A stretch of DNA of 64,000 bases from Cenococcum geophilum (GCA_050273025.1 CP158635.1:25854001-25918000), one strand, 5' to 3'. Positions 37,184-52,316 are shown, counted from the stretch's first letter. A program made the numbers and translations. Notes: generated by a model from the sequence alone, not told the origin.

Positions 37184-40100
37184 TTAAGAGTCCGTGTCGC
37201 TCTGGCTCACATAACCCGCATCAATCTCCTCATCCTTTCCGCTCATTCCGACAAGCATTTTACTGGCATTGAGACATCGTTCAATTATCTTGCATTGCGT
37301 CTTGCTCTGCAATCCACTCCTGCGCCCGGTCTCAAGCCCAACCCAGACGCGCATAGAGTGGACCATGCGTTCAAGTCCATGCTTGCTTTCGGTAAGTAAA
37401 TTGTCGTCCCGCAAAAAGACGTCGAGTACTTTGAGAGCGGCAACTAAGCTTAGTAATGTGATACTGGCCTCTGGGAAATAACTGTTGTTGACGACGAACG
37501 TAGCTCGAGGCCGAGATTCTACGTTTTTTGTTGTGTTCTGTTCCTCAACAAGAAAAAGACACTTAGCCAAAGTGAGAGCTTTCTTTACATCAGCAGTGGT
37601 CGGAGCATCTCCGACAATATTCATGAGCAGAGCACGAGGAGGTGAGACGACATCACCCACTGTTGATAATGATGGCGACGAGGGCAACCGCGTAAAAGCA
37701 GCATCGATATGGCTTGAGCGATCTTCGTCCAGCAACACAGCATTTGCCACGAATGCCCTTACCTGCGCACAGGACATTGGAGGAGCAGTAAGGGTGGCCA
37801 AAGCCAAATCATGCTTTACAACATCCTCAACCGTGGGGCAATCGGATGCAAGGTAACGGACAAGAGCTCGGTTGAGGACGAAGCCTGACCACCATGCTGC
37901 CAAGGCATCCAAAGGTGAAGATATTGAGAAATCTTCGACAACGCTATCCATTGACTCGTCAACAGTAGTTCTCTCGGCGCTTGGCTTATTCCATGCCAGG
38001 TTATATGCTCGCTGAATGATGACATCAACGAGGACTTCGTCACTCCTCATGTCTAGGAGCGCTGCAAGGTGGTCTGGTAGGGGCTCCGCTTCGGTGTCCT
38101 TAGAACGGCAATGACACATTATTTTATGTTCGTGTTGGGCCGCATTCCAGTAGCTTCGAGCTAGTTTGGCACTTAATTCTTCGAACATGTACCAAGCGCC
38201 GTAACCAGCGTTTGCAACCTCCCAAAGAAGGACACGGATGTGCAAAGCTTTGAGCATGAGGCGTGCTGGTGTATCTGGCAATGTACCAGACGCCATGAGT
38301 GTAAGCACCAGCCGACTCATGCTGATCTCTGCATCGCCACCGGTGAGTTGAGCATCAAGCGCAATTTCCCAAGCTCTGATTCTTGCGGTTTCTTGCTCTT
38401 TGGTGATGCCAGTAAGTAGAGCGTAGCCTGGCCATCCAATGATTTTGCGGGTGCTGAGCTTAAGGGTCTTCAAGCCTAGCGCGGCAACTTCAAGCAAGAA
38501 GCTATGTCGGGGAACCCAGACGGTCTGAATGGCGGTCAGCCATGCTTTGCGACGAACTTCGACTGGCGATGCTAGGGAAGGAGCAGGTGAAAGTGTGATT
38601 GCTGAGAATTTCTTCTTCTTCTTCTTTTCCTTCTTGGGTTTGAACTCGAACAGCGGTGCAGTGATGTAAAAGATAGCTCCGAGCACGAGGAATAGCTTAA
38701 GAAAAGGTAGGAGAGTGACATGAGCTGACATTCCTCCGAAGGAGACTCTTGGGGCGAGGATATTAGCAATGTTGAACGGAAGCGCGAACAACCCCCGACC
38801 TGCAGGCTGCTCGCCGGACTGTTCCCGCTCGCTAAGGCCTTCCATAATCATAATACCCGCCAGGGACCCTACCATCAGCTTGCCCATCAAGGCGTTATTC
38901 CGTCGGCCATTGACGACTGGCTGACCTGGAATACCCGGGCGGCCTGGTCCAGTGCTGTACATAGGGTAGCCGGTAGACTGCGGTGCGTAATGGGGCTGAT
39001 TCGACATTCCCCGATGGAGATTTGCCATACTCTCTGGAACAGGAATTAAACCTTGTGGAGGACCCGAGACCTGTAGGTCAGTAGCTCCAAAGGGATCATC
39101 TTGGAAATGGATTCCATCTGGGGTAGTGACGGCGCCAGTCATTGCCATAGGCCCGGACATAGAGAGCTTTTCGAAGGCATCCATTCGAGATTTCAACATT
39201 GCAACCTCGTCGCACAAGTGCTTGTTGCGCCTTTCAAGATGACGAATGTACTCGGTAGCCTTCGATAACACTGTAGCCTTGTTAAGTTTATGCGCAGGGG
39301 TAAGACCCTCAAGATCTTCCGGGTCATCTTCTTCATCGCCATTGCCATTACCACGGGACGTAACTCGGAGACTAGGTACACTATCTCGTAAGGCAGCGAT
39401 CCTATCATTCAGATTGGTACGGTATCTCTTCTCGATCATGTTATGGGCGGTCTTTTTAACTGGAGGTTGTTTGATGGCTTTCTGGTCTGTCAGATCTTCT
39501 TCAGAAGCAGATTTTCGTTTCTTGTTATTTCTAGAATGTGCCGGTTCAGGAGATGACTGCGATGATGAGCTTGTATGCATATCAGTGGCAGAGCTAGGGC
39601 TATGCTGAAGACTTGGAGTGGAATGGGGTGGCATCGTTATGGCGCGAAGCTGTGGTCGCTCATAACCAAGCGGTGAGAGAATGGTGTTGTCATTTTGTTC
39701 AACTGGATGGGGTTGGTCCAATACTGGAGAAGTGTTGAAATATCCGTTATTTGGGGCTGCTTCAACCACTAGTGGTGAGCTCAGCACACCGCTATCAAAG
39801 TGAAAAGCGGGCGTATGATCAGCTGTCTCGCCAAACGTGAATGGCGTACTATTTACTCTCATTGGCATGGGCTTCGAAGTAGGAACAGCTCTCGGCGTCA
39901 ATTCTAAGGATGCATTACGTAATTGAGAATTCTGCCGGCGATCAAATATAGGAGATCTTTGTTGACCCTGCTTTAGATAGCAAAGAGGACTTTGGGCATT
40001 GAGGGTCTTGGGAGACTGGTTCTGAGGTGAGGGGTCCCACTTCATCCACTCTTCCCAATTACCGCTTGGCCCAAAATTATTCGGTGATGCAGTAGCCAGA

Positions 40101-40379
40101 GACATGTCGAAAGGGTATTCGGTTGACAGCGTGGAATCGTTCATATTTTCTTTGTCTGCGGATGCCTCGGTTGGGGTTTGGTGATCAAGGCGAGGGCTCA
40201 ATGGCAGAGGCTTGAAGTCATCGAATACACAATAAGGTCCAACCTATTGGCAATGATAGTGTCAGCATGGCTAACAGGCTAACGCTACGAGCGACTTGGA
40301 TTATCACAACTGCACATACGGCAACTCGCTCCAACTCTAGAGCGTCATCTAGGACGCAGTTAGACTCGGTCGACTCCAT
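37184..40379 (-). CDS. srbA: SREBP-family bHLH transcription factor (SrbA/Sre1-like), ~1039 aa; probable intron 40319-40244
   Basis: bHLH AHNMIEKRYRTNLN has the SREBP-diagnostic Tyr. It is followed by hydrophobic segments and a DUF2014-like C-terminal region. An upstream ATG exon splices in frame (GTATGT...GCTGAC...TAG). Confidence 0.9.
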
Positions 40380-43300
40380 TGTAGCACACTTCACGGTTGC
40401 GCGTCGCGATCGAAAGCAGTCGTAGAGAATTAAAGAGGCGCAGTTCTGAGGAAGGGCAAGGGTCTCACCAAAGATAGGACGGGCCAAGAATTAAGGCATG
40501 AGACCGAAACAATGGAGGCAGTTCGGAAAAGCTTGGATCTGACACGGGCAGTGTCGGACAGTCGGACGCCTTGATTGCAGCAGGTCAGCACTCAAGGATC
40601 ATTGCAGCAAAGGGGAGGGTTGGGGCCACGCTCCCGAAGAGGACATACTCAGCGATATCTGAAGGACAAGTGGCCGAGGCTTTGGAATGTTCAACCAGCG
40701 GTAAGCAACCAGGGGTTGTTGCGCTTCCCCGCGTATGAGAAGCGGAGTTTTCGAGTGGCCTGAGGAGGAAGTTGAGATTAGAAATGTGGTCTGACAAAGT
40801 GGTTCGATATGCGTGCGCACGGACTATTATGCGCCGGGCAAGAACATGTCAAGGGTATTGTAACATGCCGACAAAACGGAATTACGGGAGTTACGGGACA
40901 TTCACGGTCTAGAACAATCTGCCTGTGCCCCTTTTGCTGTGGCAAGCTTAGTGGCAGCCCCTAGCATGCTCAAAAGTGCTGTGTCGTGATCCCTCCTACC
41001 GTGTCCATGCCCACCCTTTCACTCTCTGCAACCCATTCACCTCTAACCACAATTTCCCCACGAACAAATTAGTTAATAATGACCAACCTATAACAAAGAT
41101 CAAGCGGTTATACTAGAGGTCTTTGGATACGCAAGCCATAAATTTTGCAGTCACCAAAGTCGATTGAAGTGCTCCTACCAGCACAATCAAGAACCATGTT
41201 TCCCAATCCTATCCCTGCATGTCCCTTGAGGCTTAAAAATATTAATACCCCTGTGGCACAGGAGTATCGTATTTTATCTTTATATACACAAAAACTGCTG
41301 CTTCCAACGTAAATTACAATCTCGATCAGCGTGGGGCGGGGCAAGCCCCTGTCCGACTAAACAAAGTGCTGACCGAATGTTTGCCAACAGTAGCGTTTCG
41401 GCTCTTGCCGTGCATTCAGGAGGTCGTTGAAACCACGCTCGTGGTGCTCGTCCGAGTACTATACGGCGGTGGAGATTCTGGAGAAAGACCCATTTATTAC
41501 CTATCTAATACCAGGCCACGATTTTGCACAGCGAGTATGAGCTTGAATGCTCAACGAGACAAAGGAAGAAGGTATGGAGGAGTGAGTGAAGCGTGAACCA
41601 CTTTCTTGGCAGCCACATACCGTAAGTCCTAGGAAGGATCGAATGAATGCAAGCAGCCCGTATCAACCACTTACAGGCCAAGATTGTTCCCCCCAACCCA
41701 AGTGACACTCCAAGATTACGAAAGAGATACCTTAGTTGATGTGTGAGAAGGCGACAAATTCTGGTCAGGAATCTTGTTTGCTATTCCCATAACGAGGGCC
41801 GCTGACTCAGTGCTTCCCTTGCAATCAAGCTGAGCGGGAAGACTGGCCTTGAAGATATTCTCTCAACATTTTAGAGGCGCTGAAGATCTTCCGGTTCAGA
41901 TGGCTTCCTTCTTAGCACTGAATTTCTATCTCTTATAATCCTCCGACTTAACACCTAGATCAGTTAACATGTGCAACTAAGGGATTGAAGTGAAAACATC
42001 AAGCCAGTGCGCTATTTGGCTTAACTACCTACACGCCCCGTCGACGGCGTGGTATTAGCTACCCGTGGAATGCAGCCAATGCAGATCAGGAAATGCACTT
42101 GGCGCATCTTCAGCGCTTAGGGGTAGTGTACAAACAGTAGGATAAGCTTAGAGCTTAAACCAAAAACTGGTGCTAATCGAGAAGAGATTGACTACTCCCT
42201 TACATAGTGCCAATGGCATAGAATAATACGAACAGCTGAGGATAATGACCCAAAGAGCGTCAAGTCACAATATGAGCCCCTGAAGCCCTGAATCCCTCCT
42301 GAGAGACAGCAGCTTACGGCCCCCCGTTGACAAAATGCCAGCCGTATCTTCGAGAATACCTCCAGATGCTTGACTGGAGCCCAAAGGCCGATATCATTGG
42401 TATCCTGTCCCGGAAGTCTGAAAAGCTCTTCGAAAGGATATTGCATCGCAACAAGCAAGAACAGTGACGCTATGCATACGAACCATGGACGTGTGCATAA
42501 AGTTATGTAGCCAGCATAGGCTTGTAAAATATGAGCAGTCTAATGAGCGTGTGAGGGCTACGAAGAAATCTGGCGCTATTACCGCAAAACCCAATCGAGT
42601 CTACAATGCAGACTGGGTCTTCAGCGGCAGGAATTTTCAGAGGAGGAACCAATGATGCGGATCAACTGCTGCAAGACAATATAAATAATTTCACTCCGAG
42701 AACCAGTCGGATTATTATGAAGTCGTCCCGCTGGCAAAGCACTGTGCCACGGGGTATACGAAAATAGGCAGCTAGAGACGATAAGCAATCGGTGACCTTC
42801 CTCAAAACGACGAGCAGCAGGGTCTCGCATTCGTGGAGTGCTTTGCTTGGCACCATCTAACGGCCGTGATAGCTTCTGAAGCACTGCGAAGGTGCCTCGC
42901 AACGGAAGCCAAAACGTTGTGTCCTAGCGCCTCCGAGTTTGCTGCGTCAATCGTACGATCGGGCAGTGCTAAAAGCGCACCACTTGCTGCATTCAGAGAT
43001 CAGCAGCATGGGTGGGTGCAACTTTTGCTTAATCCGAAAAGGCAGTTTGGAAAAGCGAGACGCCAAGGCCCTCCGATCGATCAGTTCAAGTGGCCAGCGA
43101 CTGTAAGCTAGAGGGGCAACTAGAAATCTAGTTTCGCACTCCGCGTGGTGCCTTTGTAAGATAGAAAACACCTTATACGTAGAAGAGTCCGGTTTCGCAT
43201 ATGATAGAAGTGATCTTGTACAGTGGCATCCCCGGTCATTAAAGAAGAATAATTAAAGCCGACCAGCGAAGGATGGTGCGAATTTGAGAGCTTGCCACAC

Positions 43301-46300
43301 GTATAATTGATTTGGAGTAAAAAGTTGGCTGGGCCTTGGAGTTCGGAACTGTGAGGAAAGCAATCAGTTATATTAATACTTTTAAATTCTTCGTGCCTAA
43401 TCCAGGACATTGAGTGGAAATATGCTGCGGACGCCTGCCTCGAAGTTCTATTCGATCTCAATAAGATATTAATATCGATGTAAAAGTTACCTTCCCAGCG
43501 TATGCGGCTATTTGATACCGGATGTATGTTAAGAGCTGTAGGAGAGCTAAATTGGCGTTTCAAGAACCTTGTCCAGAGGGCCTCTAGGGGCCTAAATTCA
43601 TCTGTAGTCATACAATGCCTTCTAAAAAAAAATCGGAACGGTTTCAGGGGTAGATTCACAAAAGCGATTACGTAACAATGATTACTTGAGGCACGTCTCG
43701 TATTTCTCAAGCCACTTCAACTGTCATGTTTTAGACTCCTCTGGTCGAAACATGAATCAGGTAGTGTATTGAACTAGTACATAGCAAAATGCTTTTGTCA
43801 TGTCGAACCGGTGACAGCTTCGTGGCCACGATTGCGTTGCCGAGTGCAATCAAGAATTCATTTGCCGAAACCAAACCGGAGGGGATCTAAACAAAAAAGC
43901 AGAGAGCCACTAAATTTTATCAAGGGAGAGGGCTGCAATAAAGAATTCCACATTAAAAGGAATTAGGTTTGGTACTTGAACGTATTGCTGCCCAATGCAT
44001 GGGAAGCGGGGTCTTGCTAGTGAAACACAGAAGAGAAAATGGCCACAAGAGCGAAAAACGATTTTAGAAACAAAGACAATATATTGATATGGGTAAGCAC
44101 ATATGGTATCATTCATATGGCAGTGGAACAGGATTGAGGTCTCCTACATTAACTACCCCTTATCCTATGCGGCATATGGCCCCAAGGGCACAACGAGGCG
44201 AGGTTATGCTCATCGTTCTCACGCAAAATATAAACCATTCCCTCTACAAATCCTCAGGAGGAGATTATATATACCAATGCGCAGATCTAACACCTGTCAG
44301 AGTAGCTGGTAATAACACACGACGAAAGTTTAATTCTTTTTCCTGAACGTTAGCGCCATTGCGGAAGATGCCAGAACTCTACGGTGAGAATGTCAAGTAG
44401 GCGCCACAAGCGTCACAGTGCATGCAAGACCAACTACGCTGAGAAGCATCGCTAGGCAGAAGTATCATGAAACCAATCCACAGGCGTCCTCGGCAATCAA
44501 AATCCGATCGAATTTTAATCTTGCACACATCGCGGTTCTGATCGGACATCTATCCGCCAGGATCTCAAGGGAAAATAGACTAAGTTGAGATCAGCCCTAA
44601 TTCTGCAGGCTGTGCCCTTTCAGCTCAAATTTTCTTGGAATGAGTTCTCTCTTTCAAGGTAGAGGCCTCGTGGAGCAGGCGGTTGAGCAGGGTGGCTCAG
44701 ACTAGTAAATTTAATGGCGCTGAGGAATGCTGAGATGACGAGTCCGGAAGGTAAATTTTCTTTTCATTGCCACGACGGGAAGCGAATCGATTTTTTGATC
44801 GTAGATCGGCTGCGGATGTCGGTGTGACATATTTAGACCCGGCTTAGTCTTGGTATTGGCAGCAGTGGAGGGGCGCTGAGCGACCTGGTTGCACACGTTT
44901 TAGACCCTAATTTGCCTCCGCTTGCTAGAAGCTTTTTCAACTTTCCAAGCTTGTTCGACGTTGCAAGCCACCCCTCTCTTGCAGGCATCTGCAAGCAACT
45001 GCAGCCAGCGCCTTCTCCGCGGCTTGTTCCCTCAGGATGGGCATGGTGGAGAGAAAGCAGAAATGCTTAGCGAAATGACATTAAAGTGTGGGATCCAAAG
45101 GGAGTCAAGGGGAGCCATGCTCGCGCGATGACCGATCGCATTTTGCGGGAGCCTTGCCTGTCGAACGCCCGTCATAGACACCGCATCTGGGTACGGGGTT
45201 TATGGGGGTGCGTGTGGATGGTATGGATGGCCCAGCAGCTCAGCAACCCGGCGGCACCCCCCTGCCGAGTAAAGGCAGCATGGCAGCATGGCAGCAGCAG
45301 GATCAGCTCATCTCCCAGAGGAATGCTAGGCCATAACAGCTGCAGTCCCTGGAACGCACGCCAGCGAAACGGTCGGCCGATAAACGGGCTGTCAGCCTGT
45401 CAGACCGCGCCGTCGCGCGCTGGGTCAGATAGCCATCGCGATGCGATGCAAAGCTTGTCAATAGCGCCGATTTTTGCTCCTTGGGCCCAGGAGAAGCCGA
45501 GCTATGCCGTTCGCGACTCTGACAGCGGCAACATGCATTTCTGGCCAGAGCGCAGGGCACAGACTGGAGCGCAGGTGGTTGCACAATGCACGTGTGGGTC
45601 TGCAACCGAGGGAAGAGGGCCAGATGGCTATTCGCAGAGCGCGAGGGCGAGCGCAGGTGGCAGCCAGATCTGGGCGCAAGGCATGAACTGACGCAAGTGC
45701 CCCTTCCAAGACGATGAAGGCGACCGTATCACAAGTTCGATATTGCAGCCACCGTGCCGGGACGCAGCTAGCGGGAAGCCGTCAACTGAGAAACGCCCAC
45801 AGCCAGCCCAAGCTGGAGGAGTGGCGTGATTCCTGCTTTATTGCGCTGTCTCATTGCTCGACAGGCCAGCAGCGATGCCCGGCATCTTGTCTGGGCGCAC
45901 ATGCGCACATTTGTCCGAGCCAACAGGGTCGCTGCAACAGCCAGCGGAGCATGAGTCGTGAATCGTGCGCCGGCACGGGCTCGCTGCGCGACAGACAAGG
46001 AGATTTAAATCGAGGGTCCTGAGTCTCTGAGCTCCTCCAGCGTTCTGCATCGCCGGCACCGTCTGCACCGTCTGCACCGTCTGCATCGTCGCATTGACAC
46101 TCCCCGCAGGATCTCGGGCATCTCATCGCCTCGCACCCTGAAACTTGGAACGTGGGTTAAGGCGATGTCGGCACACGCGCGGCCGCATGAACAGATTGAT
46201 GAGATTCGATGCGCTTCGAATTTGCTGGTACCGACCAAGGACGCTGGCTCGCTGCTCGCTCCCTCGCCCGCTCGCCCGCCTAAGCCTCTGCTCACAGCCA

Positions 46301-47856
46301 GGATGTGGGACCGCCAGCATGCTTGGACGCCAGCCAAACTCGGCTCCGCTGCCATGAGATCGAGATCGCCTGGCCGTCAACTGACGACTATTCGTTCCGC
46401 GGTCCCGGGAGCCCCCAAAAGCCCCCAAAACATGTCCCCAGCCACGCACATGGGGTCGATAGTTAGATTCACGCTCCACGCTCCATGCTCTGCTCCATGC
46501 TCCATGCCCCCATGCCGTCCACCTTCGCGCAGTGCCAGCCGTGCCCATAGCGCCGCCGTTATTCGCTGCGGGCCCGCAGCGAGGCCAGCTGGTGCTGATA
46601 ACCTGGAAAAAACCGCTGTCGTGAATAATAACGCTGCCCCTGTGCTTTGTGAATGCTGAAGCGTGTTGGCGGCGCAGCCTGCCTCCCGCCGTCGGGCCAG
46701 TCGAGCCTACCACAAGCACGTCCAGGTCGTCCAGGCCAGCCAGGAGAGAGAGTGTGTGTGAATAAGTGAGTGAGCGAGCCTGCGCTGGGCCGCTGATCTT
46801 GGCCTGGAGCGAGCGGGCGCTGGGGGTTGACCTGTGAAGGGGTGTGTGAAGGGGGCCATCCCCCTCTGTCTGCTTTGAGTAGCCCAAGCTTTGGCCGGGC
46901 AAGCCAAAGATCCGATTCAGACCGATTCAGAGAGACAGCTGCCGTCTGTTCAGCGGCGCATCGCTTACGGCGCTGCCTTGCGCCGCCCGTGCTCCTGTTG
47001 CGCTGCCACGCCCCGAAAAAGGTGTCTCCCATGCTCAGTCGTGCTCTCCAAGCCAGCAACAGACCGTGGACCCTGGCAGAGGGGCAATCGCCCGTCCAAA
47101 GCATCCCAGTGCCTAACTGGGCAGCCCTGTCGACCAACGGGTCATCTCCGATCGCATCTATCACCTTCCGTTGGCCATCTCACGCTCGCCCAGTATCCCC
47201 GTTTCCCCTCTCACTCCAGCACGACGACATGATACAAACTCTCCGCTAGCAGAAGTTGCTGAGATACAGTCCTGCCTGCACCAGCCTGCACCAGCCTGCA
47301 CCAGCCTGAGTGTCGCTGTCAGATCACGGGGCTGTCCTGTCACCCATCTGCCATCGCCTGTCACACCCGTCACCACTGACGAACCGCCGTCAGCGGGAAC
47401 GCACTAGAGGAAATCCAGAAGGCTGTTGCCGTTGCCGTTGCCATTGATGCGCCTAGCCATCATCTCGCTCACGTCAAAACGCCATTCTTCACCATCACCA
47501 CTCCTTGCCACGCACATAATCTCCGCAGCCGAATAACTTATTTCGCCCTCCACTGCCATTTTACTGCAGCGCGAACGACTGCCGAATCTTTCGACCACAT
47601 AGCGCCTGCAAAAGAAGGCTACTCTTACTCCCTTTCACGACTTACAAGCTGGGAGACATTGTCGCTCTATTTGGATGTGAATCGAAGAGGGCTGGGCTGG
47701 AGACGGATTGCTAGGGAAATATTTCCGCACAGGTCGGTTAATAATTACTGCGGGAAGGCACATAAATCCGTGGGACCCACGATTCTCCACGATCGAGGGG
47801 TGCTCGTTCCCGCTGAACACCTGGAGAGCTAAGAGGATCACGGTTTCCTACCCGTG

Positions 47857-49608
47857 ATGGAAACGCTGGATGCCGGCAGCAGGCAAAGGTCCGTTGTGTG
47901 TCTCCGCTCGTGAACTGCTTCTTCTCGACGTTCTATGGCTGATACCATGCTAACTGTACTGTAGCCTCGGCTTACCATCTATGAATTACTTAGATTCTGA
48001 TAAAATCAAAAGAGAAGAGACTGTTGATTACCAGAGAAAACATTTGGCAGCCACCATGGTCAGCCCGTCGTACTCATTCCATTGTCCGCCACCTCCATTC
48101 AATAGCCACCAATCGACAAATGCCAACTCAGTGTCAGGTGCGCTGTCAGGTTTAATATCACCGCCAGAGTCCCGTCGAACTTCTGGAGATGAGAAAGAAC
48201 AAAGGCCACCCGCAAGGCAATCGTTACCATCCATACATGAGGCTCTTGGGCCCGACCAACCATATCCAGTACCTCCGTCGTCCGCTCCAGTCTCAACTTC
48301 GCAACACTATCAACCGCCCGCGGCGACGCCATCGCCGTCGGATCAGGGTAGAAGAACCTATTCAGCGGACTTGCATAGTCAAGGTCCACCAAATCCATAC
48401 TCACATCCGCGCAGCCCGTATATGAACAACCAGACTTCGTCAGTTTCAGGACCTCCACTACACACCCATACGGAACCTCTGCCAAGGCCACCGTTTTCAT
48501 CAACTTCCCATAATTCGAAATTGCCAACGCTGCATCCACTCAGAACGACCCAGTCACCGCCGATGAATTCAGTTCGTCCCAGTGCCCCGTACCCGTATTC
48601 TCAGCAACCGACATCTGCTTACGAGCCTGCGCCTCATTCTGCTGGTTCAATGAACCCTCCTTATGTATACTCGCCATATGCTTCCCAGTATCCATACTCC
48701 GCACCCCCTCATGGAGTCTCCGGACCCGCGTACCCGCCCTCCGCAACTTACTCTACCCCTAGCCGGTATCAGCCAGCGTCTTGGCGATCAGACGGCTCTG
48801 AAGCGAATCGGGTAGAAGAAAACAAGAAAGCTGGTAGATTAGTTGGCGCCCCCTTTGGCGAATCAGTGAAGCGGCATCTCGATAATTTCGACTTGGAGGC
48901 ATCCTTGAATGAGGTGAGTAGAGCATTCCACCGCCGTAATTATTCCGACGCTCACAAGACTTGAGCAGATCGCGGAAGGAAGCGGTCGACTTCTAGATTT
49001 CACCAAACATTATAGGCAACGAGCACACGAGAGTCAACGAACTGGAATGACACCGGCATCCATACCGAGCCTTGCAGACGTTGATGAACTGGTGAAACAA
49101 GAAACAAGAGTAACTGAATCGTTAGCACGAATTCGTGAAGTCATCATTAATCAGCAAGCTGCTCTCGCAGAACAAGCGCAAGATCCACGGTACAAGGCAA
49201 TGAACGGCTATGACCATGACGGATCAAACTCCTATCATGATGATGCTAAAGGTGGTGGTTTTGCAGGCTCCGATCCCAAGAAACGACGTGGGGTATGTAC
49301 TTAAAGTTTTCCTTTGTTGGGATGAAAGCACATCACTAATTGCCTAAGCAGCGGGCGGCTCCACCTGGCAGGTGTCACAGCTGCAACCGCGCAGAAACGC
49401 CGGAATGGCGCCGCGGCCCTGATGGCGCGAGAACCTTGTGTAATGCCTGCGGCCTGCGTAAGTCTACATGGGAACTAATCAGGATTCACCTGCTAAGTAA
49501 TATCTAGATTATGCAAAATTAACACGCAAAATGGGCGGCAACAAAGCTGCAGTCGGAAGTTCCAACCTGCGACCGAAGTCCATGGGCCCAGGATCACCCG
49601 CAGCATAA
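47857..49608 (+). CDS. nsdD: GATA zinc-finger developmental regulator NsdD/SUB-1-like; exons 47857-47888, 47965-48913, 48969-49292, 49352-49457, 49508-49608
   Basis: [48 protein letters not shown] (C-x2-C-x18-C-x2-C), [11 protein letters not shown] and ESVKRHLD. Four canonical introns keep the frame. Confidence 0.93.
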
Positions 49609-52316
49609 CATTACCATATGTCTAGAGGTTCTTATGGTAGACCACAGCAACGTCTCTACACAGGCGAATTTCAACAGCACCATTTCATTTTAATCATTGG
49701 CAACGGAGCCAGAGGCGTTCAGGAAAGTTAGAAGCAGACACAGCTAGTGATTGTCATCGCATGCATTACGATCTTGCTTCTAGACATTGTGCAAAAGTCG
49801 AAACACGGGAAAAGCAGCTCTTAATGGCTGCATCATTACATACGGAACTTGGGTGGCGGGCGATTTGCCGGGGTTTACGGAGTCATTCTGCATCGTATTT
49901 CTATTAGGGAATTATCGGGATTCATCTTGAGTATGTATTTCGGTGTCACGGAAATAGGCTTGGCCGGATTGCTCTGTCGTGGGAACTGAGCAGTGCAATT
50001 TATTGCACGGAAGAAACAAATGTGGGACCGGTTGCCTTACGAGAGGCTCCATGCTCGTATTTTCTTTTTCTTTCTGCCTCACTTTTTCACATTATATTTC
50101 GATGGATCGAAAGCGTTTTGGAGTCCGCAGGGATCTCCTCGGATGTTCTGCTTGACCACTGGAGGCTACATTTTGTTTACATTGCACTTTCTCGGCTTCC
50201 TTTCTAGCGAATTTCTACACCGACAGCGGCTATCCGCATCACCTTGCCTTTCTTATTCCCTTTTCTTTCTGGCCTTTTTCCTTATTTGTCTTTATACCAG
50301 CATGTGCATTTTGGCAGTCTTTTAGGGCAGGGAGCTTTTAGGCCCCTCATCTTTGCTGGAGGCGTTCTCTTTATTACGGAACAGGGCTGACGGCGTTCCA
50401 CATCGGACCACTAGGGTGAATAGGTTTCCTAAGTGTTGTTTTCCTACGGCGACAGTAGCATTTCTTTCTTGTATGACTTTGACGCCTTGTTTGGGAGTGT
50501 ATGAAAGAGAGATGATGGAGATATTGTACGGCGCTAGGACAAGATAAAAGCTTGGTTGCGCCAGCTGAGGTTACTGAAATATGTAGCGAGATCTTCATCC
50601 TACATTTAAGTTGCTTCATACCCGTTTACTGTGCCTTTTTGAAAATGATCGCCCTTCTTGGATGGTGTTTTTAGAAACTGGGGTGTCGGATAGTTGGATA
50701 CTAGCATGAGCTTGCCACCGAACCCAAGCCATCATTTGAAGATCTGCAAACCGGTTTGACTGGCAATAGCGTCATGTGGGGTTGTGGAAACAAGGACTCT
50801 AACAGTGTGTCTTTTAGAGCGCCGCTAACAGCAGATAGGCTTCGCTTTGCTCGCTTCAACATAAAATGAGCTGGCTGATGCCGAGCAGACTTGCTGCGCG
50901 ACTGAAAAGATTGAAGGATCCATTGGTAAAACCGTTGATAATGCTAAGCAATTGGAGCCATGCTTAGTTCCATAGCGCCAAGCCTTATATAATATATTAC
51001 CGCCTAATTAGTCGTGGCAATTACTAAGTAACTTTATCTAATTTAGATGTATGAGACCTAATGATTGGTTAAATTTTTGGCTCACTTTACGAAGCATTTT
51101 AATTTTTCGTTATGTAGGTGTAGGGGTCTTTTGTGGGGAGACTTTTTATGATCAATTTTATGCGGATCGACAAGCCAAGGGGTGTACGACGACGTTAGGC
51201 CACCTGGCGTTGATCAAGGCTCAATCGACAGTTTCAACTTCCTAATCAAGCGGCGTAAGCAAATTTGCAAGGATTGCGAAATGCGTCTATCTGCACCAGG
51301 TCTTGTCATTTCTCATATCGATTTAATTTCACTGACCTTTCTGCGGCTGAGACTCTCTCCATAGCGAAATATGCCCAGAAATCAACCGGGAGAAGAATGT
51401 CACTCGGGAACAACTCAGAGTGCCCGGTCACAGCCCGGTCCGCTACCACGCGCATCGAGATCACCTTGTTGCAAGCAGGAACTCTTGAACAATGAAAAAC
51501 TTCCATTATCGGCTATATTGGCCCTAAGCTCGTCATGGCTGCAAGCCTTCCCTCGCCTTTGAAAGCTCTCTTACGTTAGCATAATGCTTGTCCGTCGTTA
51601 TTATCAGGCCTTTCACTGTGATAGATAATTTAGAGATACTAGGCAAAAATTTCCAAGAAACCTTGTGAGATGTATTTATATCCAATCACATGCCACCTAT
51701 AGTTTTCTTTTTGCCACCTATCGTCACTCTGGAGCATCTTCTCTTCGTTGGCACACCGCACCGGTCCTTCTGATTTCGACTTCCGCATCCTGACCCCTGT
51801 CTTGCGCTTCCAGTAACCTGGCAAGAGGGACTACTCCTTTCCCGAAATACTAATTCCTCCTTCCTAGTGCAGGAATGCCGTCAATAATATGCTGATGCTA
51901 AGACTTTTCGAAAGCAGAATCCTATCACCAAGTGAAATCGCACCATACGTGGGCCGTCCCACGAAAAGGAAAAGAGATAGCTAAAGCGATAGCCGGGCGC
52001 CTTAGCAAGGAGAGCAAGAAACGCGAGAAACAGCACGTCAGAGTAGCTGAAAATGTTACACCCAGCCGGATCATCATGTATCCTTACATAATTGAATATC
52101 CTGGGAGGGTTGGCATTATCATCATTTAATTTGCGTCATTGATTTTGAGAGAGGTCAACTGTCAATACCGCAACGTAGGCATAAGAGATCTTGCGTACAA
52201 TACCAAATGTCAGAACTCGTGTGAGGATCAAATTGATGAGACTCTGGGCTATTTATGTAGGGGGGAACCCCCCCGTAGAACCCCTGAACTGGGCCCTACC
52301 TGGCTTTCGACATCAA

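Noticed and set aside
43120..43710. 196 aa minus-strand ORF in the SREBP-NsdD interval
   Set aside because: Non-ATG start, no recognisable motif and atypical composition. Probably spurious, although a decayed gene at 42-44 kb cannot be excluded.
44922..47407. Many overlapping ORFs of 70-260 aa on both strands
   Set aside because: Expected in GC-rich non-coding DNA. They are Arg/Ala/Ser/Cys-rich with no domains or consistent splice structure.
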